Shown: positions 19,593-30,325, numbered from the stretch's first letter. The stretch: DNA of 64,000 bases from Bdellovibrionales bacterium (GCA_965217115.1 OZ244239.1:1024001-1088000); one strand, 5' to 3'. Translations and numbers: made by a program. The notes: generated from the sequence alone by a model not told the origin.

Positions 19593-20666
19593 ATGCTAGA
19601 AAAAAGTATGTTTAAAAAAACGCTTTTTTCCTCTTGTATCAATGTTACTCTGAGCTGTGGTATCGCTCTTCTCTATATTGGATGTCAAAGCACGCCCAAA
19701 AATTTCAAACCTTCCCAACACTCCTTGGATCAAGCGAGACAAATTACATGGATCGGTCATAACACCTCTCCTGAATTTTTAAACAATGGAAGGCAAATAA
19801 TCTTCTCCAGTTCCAATAGGCCATCACACAAGGCAAGTCATATCTATTTTATGTCTAACAATCAGACGTCGGAAAAGAAACTCACTTTCAATAAAGCAGA
19901 AAACAGTTCTCCTGTCTTTCACCCCAAGCAGTCTCTGTTCTTTTACGCCAGTGACACAGATAGACGTAAAAACATGCATTCTCTCATGAAAAAATATCGG
20001 AAAAAAAGCACACCCCCATCAACACTACACCACTCTGCTATTGGTTTATTTCCAGCTAAAGACATCTACTCTGCTCACCTTAATGAACAGGGGATTCTTC
20101 GTTACACCAAAAATCGTAATTCTCATTTTAATGGTTTTCTAGCTGTCCACCCCAGTGGTGATTCCCTCGTTTTTTCTAAACAAATCGATTCAAATATTCA
20201 CTTGCACAGACTTTATTTCTTATCCAAAAAGGTTTTGAAAATCACAAATATCTCCAGTATCAACATTGACCCACATGACTCTCACGATGGAAGTGAAATG
20301 GCATGGGTGCGATTTAAATTAGGTGAAAATAGTTCAGAAATTCTTATTGCTAATACAGAGGGGTTGAATCCTCAAATCCTCAAATTACCACACGGCATTT
20401 ATAGATTTCCTCGATGGAGTCTCGACAACAAATCATTAATCTTTTCAGCTCAAATCAATAGCACTGACCCGTTGTCTAAACAAAAACAGCTCTATTCCTT
20501 TCACCTAAAAACTCAATGTCTACAAAAACTACGCAACGACTTGAATAATTCCTACGATGCTTCCATTCACCCAGATGGCAAAGGACTCATCTTTGTTAAC
20601 GATCACTCAGGACAGCCACAGATATACTTCAGCAATAATTTCTCTCCTATTGGGAAATGCCTCTGA
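19593..20666 (+). CDS. TolB-like beta-propeller (PD40 repeat) lipoprotein
   Basis: Lipobox-like YIGC; repeats such as SPEF..GRQIIFSS, PRWSLDNKSLIF, IHPDGKGLIF. Confidence 0.75.
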   Translation: MLEKSMFKKTLFSSCINVTLSCGIALLYIGCQSTPKNFKPSQHSLDQARQITWIGHNTSPEFLNNGRQIIFSSSNRPSHKASHIYFMSNNQTSEKKLTFNKAENSSPVFHPKQSLFFYASDTDRRKNMHSLMKKYRKKSTPPSTLHHSAIGLFPAKDIYSAHLNEQGILRYTKNRNSHFNGFLAVHPSGDSLVFSKQIDSNIHLHRLYFLSKKVLKITNISSINIDPHDSHDGSEMAWVRFKLGENSSEILIANTEGLNPQILKLPHGIYRFPRWSLDNKSLIFSAQINSTDPLSKQKQLYSFHLKTQCLQKLRNDLNNSYDASIHPDGKGLIFVNDHSGQPQIYFSNNFSPIGKCL

Positions 20667-20723
20667 ATCAGTCACTAAGAAAATTTATTGCATTAGAAAA
20701 AAACTTCCCATAGAGTAAATACT

Positions 20724-21299
20724 ATGAATTGTTACAGCTTTATTTTTCAAATGATGGGAATACTCTTGTTATCAATGCAGCTTAATGCCGCTCCTATTCC
20801 AGCAACGACATCATCCTTAGTTATCAACTCAGAACGTAAAGTCTTCTTTTCTCCGTTAGGTTTTAAATTAGAGGCTGGGAACACTCATTGGGAACACTCT
20901 CAAATCCACGACAAAACCAGCTCTATAACCACATTGTATCAAGAACCTTATAAGCCAGAGAAAGAACATCGTGCTTTACTCACCGTACGTACCGACTCAC
21001 TAAAAAAATCAACCTCTCTTTTTCAATATGTCAAAAAATGGCTTCACGAATACCCCTACTACGGCTTCAATGTCTTAAAAACTAAAAAAATAAATTTAAA
21101 AGGCACTCAAGGTTTTCTAATCGAAGTGACTAATAATGCAAAAAATAAAAAAAAGATTCGTCAAATTGTCTTTCTTAAGAAAAAATTAGCCGTTATACTC
21201 TCATGCATCGACAGCCAAGAGACGTTTAAACTCTCCCTTAAATCATGTAATAAAATTATTCGCTCCTTTAAATGGACCAAGAATAATACTCTGCACTAG
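20724..21299 (+). CDS. Exported hypothetical protein
   Basis: Signal-peptide-like N-terminus; 191 aa. Confidence 0.7.
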   Translation: MNCYSFIFQMMGILLLSMQLNAAPIPATTSSLVINSERKVFFSPLGFKLEAGNTHWEHSQIHDKTSSITTLYQEPYKPEKEHRALLTVRTDSLKKSTSLFQYVKKWLHEYPYYGFNVLKTKKINLKGTQGFLIEVTNNAKNKKKIRQIVFLKKKLAVILSCIDSQETFKLSLKSCNKIIRSFKWTKNNTLH

Positions 21300-21364
21300 A
21301 TCGTGTTCTAGGTATTTTTAAACCTCTAATGTTTGGGATGACTTTTTGTTGATCTCGATTCGTT

Positions 21365-21391
21365 TTGCAATGATACTATTTATAGTATGGT
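21365..21391 (+). promoter_or_regulatory. Candidate dinB promoter with an overlapping palindromic operator
   Basis: TTGCAA -35 followed by ATACTAT-TT-ATAGTAT (21373-21388). Confidence 0.45.
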
Positions 21392-21420
21392 CTTAATTCA
21401 AACATCGGTTTTGCCTTTAA

Positions 21421-22494
21421 ATGTCTAACTTGAAAAAAATTATTCACATAGATCAAGATTGTTTCTACGCCGCTGTTGAAATCAGAGACAACCCCTCCCT
21501 TAAAGGCAAACCCGTCGCCGTCGGTGGTAGACCTGACAGCAGAGGTGTCCTTAGCACAGCCAGTTACGAGGCTAGAAAATTTGGTGTTCACTCCGCTATG
21601 TCAACAGCTCAGGCCTTAAAACTCTGTCCTGACTTGATTCTTATTCCCGTTCATATTTCTAAATACAAAGAAGAAAGTCTTAAAATACGCAAAATTTTTA
21701 GTAGGTTCACCGATAAAATAGAACCCTTATCTTTGGATGAAGCCTATCTCGATGTCAGCGATTGCACAGATTTTAATGGAAGTGCAACACTTATTGCCAG
21801 AGAAATACGTCATCAAATATTTAAAGAAACTCAATTAACAGCCTCAGCAGGAATTGCAACTAACAAATTTTTAGCAAAAATTGCCAGTGATTGGAAGAAA
21901 CCAAATGGGCAGTTCACAGTTACCCCTCAAATGGTCGACACTTTTGTTAAAAAGCTAAATGTTGAAAAAATCCATGGCGTTGGAAAAATCACTGCTAAAA
22001 AAATGCACAGCCTTGGAATCAAAACTTGCACTGATCTACAAAAATGGAGCATAGAAGATCTTAATCACCAATTTGGCACATGGGGCATCAAACTCTTTGA
22101 TCTCTGCCGTGGCAAAGATGGTCGTGAGGTTTCAACCTCTCAAAAAAGAAAATCTCTCAGCGTTGAGAACACATACAGTGAAGATCTAAAAACTCTCCAA
22201 GAGTGCCTTAAGAAAGTACCTAAGCTCTATGATGAATTCCAGCATAGACTCACAAAAGTCAATCTTACAGACAAAATCCAATCACTTGTTGTAAAGGTAA
22301 AATTTCATGATTTCGAACAAACAACCCTTGAGCGATCTTCTGAGAAGATACCCTCAATCGAAACTTATTTAGAGATGATCACAAGTGCTTTTCAACGAAA
22401 AAATAAACCCGTAAGACTCTTAGGGATTGGCGTAAAATTCACACACAAGACAGCTCCAACAAATACTCTACAACTAAGCCTCTTTCAGCTGTAA
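21421..22494 (+). CDS. dinB: DNA polymerase IV
   Basis: IIHIDQDCFYAAVE, ASYEAR, SLDEAYLD, KIASDWKKPNG, C-terminal clamp motif QLSLF. Confidence 0.97.
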   Translation: MSNLKKIIHIDQDCFYAAVEIRDNPSLKGKPVAVGGRPDSRGVLSTASYEARKFGVHSAMSTAQALKLCPDLILIPVHISKYKEESLKIRKIFSRFTDKIEPLSLDEAYLDVSDCTDFNGSATLIAREIRHQIFKETQLTASAGIATNKFLAKIASDWKKPNGQFTVTPQMVDTFVKKLNVEKIHGVGKITAKKMHSLGIKTCTDLQKWSIEDLNHQFGTWGIKLFDLCRGKDGREVSTSQKRKSLSVENTYSEDLKTLQECLKKVPKLYDEFQHRLTKVNLTDKIQSLVVKVKFHDFEQTTLERSSEKIPSIETYLEMITSAFQRKNKPVRLLGIGVKFTHKTAPTNTLQLSLFQL

Positions 22495-22551
22495 ATTTGT
22501 TCTGCTAGTAATCATTCAATTTTTTTTAGATCTTAATTGGATATACTAGAA

Positions 22552-24087
22552 TCAACTTCCACCAAAAAGTTTCTTTAGAAACCCAGAAACACCTTTCTTT
22601 TTCTTAGCTCCAGACTTCCACGAAGGAGTGTTACTTCTATCGTATTTTTTTTGAACTTGAGCAGATCGAGATTTATTCTGTGTTTCTTTCTTCTTATAAG
22701 AAGACTCTGCGCTATTAGATTGACGCTGAGGTCGCTGCGAGGAAGGCGCACGCGCTTCCCTTTCCCTTCTTCCACCTTTTTGATCAGCCCTCTTACGGGG
22801 ATCTGTTTTTCCACGAGGACGAACATTCTTTTTACCATCATTAACTCTAATATCTCTTCTTGTATCTTTAGGAAAAGCACCATGATCACTCAGTATCTCA
22901 TCATCTTCTAACCAAGCGATTTCAATTTTATGCTCCAAATACTCTTCGATTCTTCCCAGAGAATCCACATCATCATGGCCAGAGAAGGCAAAAGCCACAC
23001 CCTTTTCACCCGCTCGACCAGTTCGTCCAATACGATGAACATAGTTCTCGGCATCCAATGGCAACTCAAAGTTCACCACCATATCAACACCCTTAATATC
23101 CAGCCCGCGGGCAGCCACATCCGTTGCTACCAATATATTGCAACTATTATCACTGGCCTTAAACTTATCTAAAACTTGATTGCGCTGAGCCTGAGTCAAC
23201 ATGCTCGAGATACCAGCGGCTGAATGACCGTTGCTATTTAGAAATTGAGCCACTCGCTCCACCTTAGATTTAAAATTACTAAATATGATGGTTTGTTGAG
23301 GCTTATATTTTTTAAGCACAGAAAGTAAATAAGTCGGCTTTTCATTATTGCCAACATGAAAAAGCATGTCTTTCACATTATCAGCCTTAGCTTGATCCCT
23401 ACTCACATTACACTCGATCGGATCTGCTCCAAAGCGATAGGCCACATTTAAAACATCAAAATTCAAAGTTGCACTGTAAACAAGAAATTGACGGTCCTTC
23501 GGGATACGCTGAAGAAGATAAATCATGTCATCTTTAAAACCCATATCAAACATACGATCAGCTTCATCAAAAACCACTCCACGTACTTGCTTCAAGTCCA
23601 CAAAACGCTCTTTATAGAGATCGATCAAACGGCCTGGAGTTGCTACAACAAAATCAATTCCCTCACTCAATGCCTTCTTCTGCACTTCGTAACTTGTTCC
23701 ACCATATATAGCGACTGCTTTTAAATGATCCTGCGAGAGCTTCTTCACCTCCGCAGTAATTTGTTCTGCCAATTCTCGTGTCGGGACAAGAACTAAAATA
23801 AAATGCCTTTGCTTCCAATTAACGAAAGACCTCTGAGTCAAAAACTCCCTGCGCTCTTCATCCTCTATCGAAAGCAAATCAAGGGAGCCATTGAGAATTC
23901 TTTCCATAAGAGGCAGAAGAAAAGCCGCCGTCTTACCAGTCCCTGTTTGCGCCAACCCCGCAATGTCTTTGCCGTCTATAATATAGGGAATTGTCGCTCT
24001 TTGAATATCCGTTGGCTTGGTAAAGCCTGCCTCATCTAAGGCGGCCTGCAACTGAGGTACAAATCTAAAATCAGAAAAAGTCATCAT
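22552..24087 (-). CDS. DEAD-box RNA helicase
   Basis: AQTGTGKT, PTRELA, TPGR, DEAD, SAT, ARGLD, HRIGRTGR. Confidence 0.96.
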   Translation of the reverse strand: MMTFSDFRFVPQLQAALDEAGFTKPTDIQRATIPYIIDGKDIAGLAQTGTGKTAAFLLPLMERILNGSLDLLSIEDEERREFLTQRSFVNWKQRHFILVLVPTRELAEQITAEVKKLSQDHLKAVAIYGGTSYEVQKKALSEGIDFVVATPGRLIDLYKERFVDLKQVRGVVFDEADRMFDMGFKDDMIYLLQRIPKDRQFLVYSATLNFDVLNVAYRFGADPIECNVSRDQAKADNVKDMLFHVGNNEKPTYLLSVLKKYKPQQTIIFSNFKSKVERVAQFLNSNGHSAAGISSMLTQAQRNQVLDKFKASDNSCNILVATDVAARGLDIKGVDMVVNFELPLDAENYVHRIGRTGRAGEKGVAFAFSGHDDVDSLGRIEEYLEHKIEIAWLEDDEILSDHGAFPKDTRRDIRVNDGKKNVRPRGKTDPRKRADQKGGRREREARAPSSQRPQRQSNSAESSYKKKETQNKSRSAQVQKKYDRSNTPSWKSGAKKKKGVSGFLKKLFGGS

Positions 24088-24127
24088 GTCATCTGGTTCT
24101 ACTGTAAAAGTGAACGTATATCAAACA

Positions 24128-24970
24128 TTACCCTTCCAGAAGGAAATTCTCCACCACCTGCGTGAATTCCTCCACCTTCTCTGAATGAATCCAATGCCCT
24201 ACTCCAGAAAACAAGTAGCCCTTTAACCAGTCAGAGTTAGAGGACAACATTCTTGCAAAAACATCCCCATCCAACTCCTCAGAAAGCTCTCCCCTCAAAA
24301 CCAAAGTAGGCACGACCAAGCCCTCTATTTCGTTCCAGCGCTCAACCTCTCTTCCCCGTCTCACGCTCTCTAAAATAGCATTTTTAGAAAAACGCCAATC
24401 AACCGTCTCCCCACGAGCATCTACCTTAACAATATTAGAGTATAGGTACTGCCCTAACTCCTTCATCCCCAGTCCAGCACCGGTTAAGGTCAAAAATTTT
24501 TTCTGAAAAAAATAACGCGCATCGTCTTTATTCTTAAACGGTGTCGGTACGATTCTCATTAGTTGCTCGACTCGTTTAACATTATCCTGACAACTATCTG
24601 GACCGACATCTTCAATCACCAAGCGCTCAACTCTTTCGGGGTATTTATAGGCAAAATGGAATGCACTACGACCCCCCATAGAGTGCCCCACCAAAGATAT
24701 CTTCCCCCAACCCAATTCATCTAAGATTTGCTTTAAATCATCAGCATAATCCTCGGGCCTATACCCTGATGATGGCTTAAAGGAATCTCCATGTCCCCTT
24801 TGATCGTAAACCAAAACTGTCCAAGGCCCTTGTAATCGACGGAACACTCCCTTCCAATTTCTGGCATACCCCATTAAGCCATGTAAAAATATTAGCTTCG
24901 GATGATCATTTCCAGAAGCCCCATCGCCCACTTGAAAAATTTGATAATGAAAATTTTTAAGAAAAGACAT
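24128..24970 (-). CDS. Alpha/beta hydrolase
   Basis: FLHGL, DQRGHG, GHSMGG, GHWIH. Confidence 0.92.
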   Translation of the reverse strand: MSFLKNFHYQIFQVGDGASGNDHPKLIFLHGLMGYARNWKGVFRRLQGPWTVLVYDQRGHGDSFKPSSGYRPEDYADDLKQILDELGWGKISLVGHSMGGRSAFHFAYKYPERVERLVIEDVGPDSCQDNVKRVEQLMRIVPTPFKNKDDARYFFQKKFLTLTGAGLGMKELGQYLYSNIVKVDARGETVDWRFSKNAILESVRRGREVERWNEIEGLVVPTLVLRGELSEELDGDVFARMLSSNSDWLKGYLFSGVGHWIHSEKVEEFTQVVENFLLEG

Positions 24971-25022
24971 TTTTTTTTCCTTTTATTGACGAAGTTTAGC
25001 AAAGGCACCATGATACTAGCAT

Positions 25023-26240
25023 ATGAAGCAGGGCCAAGTAAGTCGTCAGACACGCCTCCACAGCAGTTGGATCGACCATCACGCTAAAGAAATTGTTAGA
25101 AAATTGCAATCCCAAGGGTTTACAACCTATTTGGTAGGTGGCTGCGTTAGAGATCTTCTCGTTGGTTTTGTCCCTAAAGATTTCGATATCGGCACTTTAG
25201 CTGTTCCCGATGTTATTCGAAAGAACTTTCGTCATGCCTACATTATCGGCCGAAGATTTCGCCTTGTTCTTGTGAAAAGACTCGATAGAAATGGTGCAGA
25301 AAAACAATTTGAAGTCGCCACTTTTCGCCGCAATCCAAAACCACAAGAAAAAACAAATGACTCTCTTCTCAACAAAGACAATCTATTCGGTTCACCCAGA
25401 GAAGACGCCTATCGTAGAGATTTCACTATCAATGCCCTGCTCTACGATCCTATCAAAGAAGAACTCATCGACTATTGCGACGGACTAGAAGATCTAGAAC
25501 AAGGAATTGTTCGTATGATAGGGGATCCCGATACGCGTTTACAGGAAGACCCTATTCGTATTTTTCGCGCTCTACGTTTTGCACAAAAACTAGGGTTCAC
25601 CATTGAGACATCGTTATTAAAAGCAATTCCTCACAATACCACTCACTTAAAAAACTCTGTTTTACCAAGACGGCGTGAAGAAATACTCAAGCTCCTGCGA
25701 CTACAAGATCCTGCCCGTGCACTTCATCTCGCCCACGAATTTGGTATTCTAAAAAACATTGCGCCAACTCTTGACCAAGTTTATCAATCCAAAAAACATT
25801 GCGAAATTTTTGAAAAATATCTCAATCGCATTCAAGATTTTGTCACCGATTTCTCCAGTCCCACACAGCTGTTTACTTTTTTAATCTTTGCTTTCTATAG
25901 AACAATAATATCAGATGATCCCACAGAAAGAATCTCCACCACCGAGATTCTAGAACACCCTATATTGCAATCTTTAATGAAATTTGAACTTGGTACCTTC
26001 AACCACGAACAAAGATTTGTCTCTAAGGTCATCAGTCTGCAATCGTCACTTATAGATTTAGATTATTACAAGAAAAGAATTCAACGACGTAAGCTCTCCA
26101 CCATAAAAAATGAAGCCTTTGAAATGGCTCTACACATCGGTCAAATCGACTATTCTGTCATCGGTAGCACACTCAATTTTTGGGTCGAAGCTCAACAAGA
26201 ATTGTCTCACCTCATTAAGAAAAAACAGACCTACAATTAA
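25023..26240 (+). CDS. pcnB: Poly(A) polymerase
   Basis: VGGCVRD, KDFD, IGRRFRLVLV poly(A) polymerase signature, RRDFTINAL, EDPIR. Confidence 0.88.
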   Translation: MKQGQVSRQTRLHSSWIDHHAKEIVRKLQSQGFTTYLVGGCVRDLLVGFVPKDFDIGTLAVPDVIRKNFRHAYIIGRRFRLVLVKRLDRNGAEKQFEVATFRRNPKPQEKTNDSLLNKDNLFGSPREDAYRRDFTINALLYDPIKEELIDYCDGLEDLEQGIVRMIGDPDTRLQEDPIRIFRALRFAQKLGFTIETSLLKAIPHNTTHLKNSVLPRRREEILKLLRLQDPARALHLAHEFGILKNIAPTLDQVYQSKKHCEIFEKYLNRIQDFVTDFSSPTQLFTFLIFAFYRTIISDDPTERISTTEILEHPILQSLMKFELGTFNHEQRFVSKVISLQSSLIDLDYYKKRIQRRKLSTIKNEAFEMALHIGQIDYSVIGSTLNFWVEAQQELSHLIKKKQTYN

Positions 26241-26280
26241 CGGTACAAATACAAGAAAATAATTTGTTTCTTAGTGTTTT

Positions 26281-27123
26281 TTAAAAGAGCCTGGCGCACA
26301 TAGCTGCTTTATAACTACTGATCTGCTTACCAAGATACTCACCGGCTTTAGATTTCTCTCTAAACCACTTCATCATATCTTCGAAATAGCCATGATAAAA
26401 CTCCAGAGTTTTCACTCCTTCGTTGTATTTACTAGAAGGACCAAATTTTCCTGAAGAAGTTACATAAAGTTTTAATTTTCCATCAGTAGAATACTTGTCG
26501 CGCATTTCTTTATACCACTCCTCAAGAGTGGGCATCTGACCATCTTTGTTACGGGTGTAAATGGGGTCAATCGCCAACCACACTTCATTTCCCTTGGCAT
26601 CTAAGCTCTGCGCAATCGTCGTTACATGCCACCCCCACATTCCCCCATCAGGAGTTTTCATAGGGCCTATGGCAAAGGCTTTCTTTATAGAATCTCGATC
26701 AAATTGACGCTGTGTTAGCTCTAGATGGGTAAACATACATCTACCAAAACAATAGCCAATTCCTTCGTTTTTAGGATCGTATTTAGAATACTTGCTAAGA
26801 GACACAACGGGGTTTACCTGCGCTGCACGAAGAACATCAGAGGCCTGTTCAGGACTAATATATTTGGCATAAGCCTTGTCCCGTATAACCGCTTTATGAT
26901 TAATCTCGTCGACAGAGATATCTATAAAATTTTGAATATGGGAAAGATTCTCTTTATGTATCTGCTCTGGGGATTTACCGGAAGTGTCCTTAGCGGCTTC
27001 GTAATTTAAATCTGCCTGAGAACCATAAATAACACTCGAGGAGCTTGTCTTTTCTATAGAGTGAAACTGAGCTATAGATTGAAACTGAAAAAACAAACAG
27101 CCAATAAACCATAAAGTTTTCAT
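26281..27123 (-). CDS. Secreted protein-glutamine glutaminase-like (Cys-His-Asp) enzyme
   Basis: Signal peptide; GYCFGR (C125), WGWHV (H166), AIDP (D186). Confidence 0.7.
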   Translation of the reverse strand: MKTLWFIGCLFFQFQSIAQFHSIEKTSSSSVIYGSQADLNYEAAKDTSGKSPEQIHKENLSHIQNFIDISVDEINHKAVIRDKAYAKYISPEQASDVLRAAQVNPVVSLSKYSKYDPKNEGIGYCFGRCMFTHLELTQRQFDRDSIKKAFAIGPMKTPDGGMWGWHVTTIAQSLDAKGNEVWLAIDPIYTRNKDGQMPTLEEWYKEMRDKYSTDGKLKLYVTSSGKFGPSSKYNEGVKTLEFYHGYFEDMMKWFREKSKAGEYLGKQISSYKAAMCARLF

Positions 27124-27295
27124 AATTCTCTAACTCCCATCAAAAATAGATATTCCATATCTAAAGAAAATATAGATCGAAGTCTACTTAAATATCATAT
27201 TCTTTCTTTTTATAAAATTTTTACAAAAGGCAACTTTTCGATAGTCGTGAGGGCTCTTTTAAAGGGCAGTTTAAGTCAGCTCACCTTTAATATCT

Positions 27296-27523
27296 TTAGT
27301 TTTTTTTGTCTTCTTCATTCAAAACCACCACCTCTTCTTCAGATGATAGACCGTTTTGTAGTTGCTCCGTTTTTTTGTCTTTTTCATCAGAGCCACTGAT
27401 CCCCTTTTTAAACCCGCGAATAGCCTCTCCCAAAGAACGGCCCAAACCAGGGATTCTCTTCGGTCCAAAAAATATCAATACAATCGCGATAATAAGAATA
27501 ATCTGCCAAGGTCCAACACTCAT
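27296..27523 (-). CDS. tatA: Twin-arginine translocase TatA
   Basis: MSVGPWQIILIIAIVLIFFGPKRIPGLGRSLGEAIRGFK; GAGGAG RBS. Confidence 0.95.
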   Translation of the reverse strand: MSVGPWQIILIIAIVLIFFGPKRIPGLGRSLGEAIRGFKKGISGSDEKDKKTEQLQNGLSSEEEVVVLNEEDKKN

Positions 27524-27571
27524 AATTTTCTCCTCAATCAATAGGCCTAAATAAATACACAGATTCACTCA

Positions 27572-29602
27572 TTATAGAAGACTCTTTACTCCCATGACAA
27601 TGGATTTAGCGTCCAATCCATGTTTGGCGTACAAATCTTCGGCCGTATAGGCACTCTGACCAAAAACTCCAGAGACGCCCAATGATTTTACCTTTAACGA
27701 AAGCCCCTCTTGCAAAAGAGCATGGGTTAAAACAGCCCCCATTCCACCGACAGATTGATGATCTTCAACAGTCAACAGACGCCCTTGAGTTTTTTGCAAA
27801 CAACGATCAATTGTCTCGACATCAGGATGATTCACCGCTGAAGCATTCACCACAATCACTCCAACACCTTGGCTTCTCAATTTTTCAACTGCCTGTAACG
27901 CCTGGCCCACCATCGGCCCCACTGCCACAATGGTTACACTCTTATTAGAATCTTCTATGCTATTACAAAGAACCTGTGCCTTACCCAATTTATATTCACA
28001 GTTTTCACCATAATTCTGTGGAAAGTTTTCTCGACCCAAAAAGAACAATACACTTTTAGGAACCCTTCCCTGTTGACGTTCTTGTACAAATCTCTCAATC
28101 ACTTGTGTCACCAAAGCCTCTGCCTCTCCACTCGAAGATAGGCAATAGGTTTCCGTATAAGGAATTGAATGGGTCATCGAAAAATAGCTCAAAGCCTGAT
28201 GAGATGCCCCGTCCGCCGCATCTTGAAACCCCGCATGGGAAAATATCCCTATCACCGGCCCCTGTGATAAAGCCGCCATTAGAAATGGCAACGCTCCTTT
28301 AGTCACGCCAAATTGAGAAAATGTATCCACCACAGGAATATATCCTATCTTAGACATTCCCACCGCAACACTCACCATATTAGATTCAGCAATACCCACA
28401 TCAAAAGACCCCACTGGAAAATTTTTGCGAAAAGCTGCCACACCCGTCGAACCAGGAAGGTCCGATGTGATCGAGACGACGGGATAGCCCTTTTGTCTCA
28501 TTTGGACCAAAGCACTTGCCACGCCAACTTGTACTTTCTCTTTTTTTACACCCTCAGAAGGGGCATCTTGAGATTTTTTTTCTTCTTCTAAAGAAACTAA
28601 TTCATCACACACCGCTAAAAACTCACTTGGAACTTTTCGCTCACCATAAATTTCTTGCACAAATCCCTTCACTCCCACCGCTTTCTTTAGAGGAAAACCA
28701 TGTCCGCCAGAAGAAGAATCTACTGTCGCCTTCGTTCCAAAACCTTTTATCGTTTTAAAATGAATCGCCACCGGTTTTTGAGAATTATTTAAGACCAAAT
28801 CAATCCCTTGCTCAATGGCCGTCAAACAAGATTGAATATTCTGCCCATTCTCTACCTTTAGAACCTTCCAACCCAAACTCTCCAAAGAATCAAATGTCGG
28901 CTTCATCGAAAAACTCTCTTCATCGATGCGACCAGATAACTTTGTGTTATTATCACTGATTAATAGAACAAAAGGAGCCATTTGCCCCTTTGCCGCCAAA
29001 CCGGGAATAGCCGCCAACGCCTCACGAGCCTCCCCTTCCATACACCCTCCATCAGAAATCGCCGTCACCGTCACCCGTGAAACTCCCGCCAATTTATCGG
29101 CCATCGCCAGTCCCTGGGCCTGTGGCAATCCCGAACCCAGTGGGCCATTGCTTATAAAGACTCCTTCTGGAAAAACATGGGACTCCCCATGACCCGTCAA
29201 AGGACTTTGTAAAGAGCGAAATCCCTGTAAACTTTGTAAATCCAACCCCGCCTGACCATAATTAGCTTTTAAGGCATAGAGACCGTTTTCACAGTGTCCA
29301 GCATCATTGACTAAATGAAAGAGCTCATACCACGCCTGACCCTGCTGATTTGCCCTGTAATACACAAGACCATGAAGAGCTGACATCATCTCAGCAAAAG
29401 CCGCTGGGCCACCGTAATGACTTGCCGCTCCCCCTATCACTGCCGCCATATCCATAAGAGCCACTAGAGCTCTTGTCGCTACAGGATCAACCAAATCAAT
29501 GGCTTTGCCCTCGGATAATCTGCCTTGAACATTATAGAGGGGCTTTCCACGGGGATTACCAGCCAAGGAAGGTGAAATTTTCAATGGTTCTAAACCAGAC
29601 AT
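27572..29602 (-). CDS. Transketolase-family ThDP enzyme
   Basis: GHGE, GPLGSG, SDGGCMEG..DNN ThDP motif, DVGIAE, DGASHQ, TVEDH. Confidence 0.85.
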   Translation of the reverse strand: MSGLEPLKISPSLAGNPRGKPLYNVQGRLSEGKAIDLVDPVATRALVALMDMAAVIGGAASHYGGPAAFAEMMSALHGLVYYRANQQGQAWYELFHLVNDAGHCENGLYALKANYGQAGLDLQSLQGFRSLQSPLTGHGESHVFPEGVFISNGPLGSGLPQAQGLAMADKLAGVSRVTVTAISDGGCMEGEAREALAAIPGLAAKGQMAPFVLLISDNNTKLSGRIDEESFSMKPTFDSLESLGWKVLKVENGQNIQSCLTAIEQGIDLVLNNSQKPVAIHFKTIKGFGTKATVDSSSGGHGFPLKKAVGVKGFVQEIYGERKVPSEFLAVCDELVSLEEEKKSQDAPSEGVKKEKVQVGVASALVQMRQKGYPVVSITSDLPGSTGVAAFRKNFPVGSFDVGIAESNMVSVAVGMSKIGYIPVVDTFSQFGVTKGALPFLMAALSQGPVIGIFSHAGFQDAADGASHQALSYFSMTHSIPYTETYCLSSSGEAEALVTQVIERFVQERQQGRVPKSVLFFLGRENFPQNYGENCEYKLGKAQVLCNSIEDSNKSVTIVAVGPMVGQALQAVEKLRSQGVGVIVVNASAVNHPDVETIDRCLQKTQGRLLTVEDHQSVGGMGAVLTHALLQEGLSLKVKSLGVSGVFGQSAYTAEDLYAKHGLDAKSIVMGVKSLL

Positions 29603-29676
29603 AAAAACACTCCAAATAATAGGTCAAAAAGTTTTGACTACACCCTACTTGATTCAGATATTATCGGCAACGCTCA

Positions 29677-30282
29677 TTATATTGTATGAATTAATCTCTC
29701 AACTTCTTTACGCAAATCTTCCTTTGTGCCGTTATTGGAAATAACAAAATCAGCCTCTCTTACCTTTTGCTCCAAAAATAACTGTGATCTCAAGCGACTC
29801 TCTATTTCCCCATCATTCCAATTATTACGCTCACGCAAGCGTCTGTATTGATTCTCTTCTGAACATTCAACAACAACGATTTTTTCAAACTGAGCTGTCA
29901 TTTTTTTTTCAAATAACAACGGAACATCATAAAAAGCCCTTTTTATTCCATCCTGGTAAATCTCTTCTCTCTTCCTCTCCACCCTCTCACGAATCAAAGG
30001 GTGTAAAATAGCCTCTAATTGCCCCAGCTTACTTTTATCTAAAAAAACCACTCTACCCAATTCTCGACGATTTATAGACTTTTGTTCAGTCAATATGCTC
30101 GGGCCAAACACTTCCAGAATTTCAGAAAAAGCCCTTCCATCCTCTGAACTCAACACTTCCCGTGCCATGGCATCTGCATCCACAACAACCTCGCCTAAAG
30201 TCCTGAGAACAGAGGCCACTGTGCTCTTGCCCGTACCAATTCCTCCAGTTAATCCAACCCAAAACAGTTTATTGTGATGCAA
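29677..30282 (-). CDS. coaE: Dephospho-CoA kinase
   Basis: GLTGGIGTGKS, DAD, ILHP, DVPLLFE. Confidence 0.95.
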   Translation of the reverse strand: MHHNKLFWVGLTGGIGTGKSTVASVLRTLGEVVVDADAMAREVLSSEDGRAFSEILEVFGPSILTEQKSINRRELGRVVFLDKSKLGQLEAILHPLIRERVERKREEIYQDGIKRAFYDVPLLFEKKMTAQFEKIVVVECSEENQYRRLRERNNWNDGEIESRLRSQLFLEQKVREADFVISNNGTKEDLRKEVERLIHTI

Positions 30283-30298
30283 TTATGATTTTCCTTAT

Positions 30299-30325
30299 TA
30301 AGAAAGAGTTTATCTTTTCCGATAG
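30299..30325 (+). promoter_or_regulatory. Candidate sigma-28 (FliA) promoter upstream of the Ser/Thr kinase
   Basis: TAAG-N15-TCCGATAG versus consensus TAAA-N15-GCCGATAA. Confidence 0.45.
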
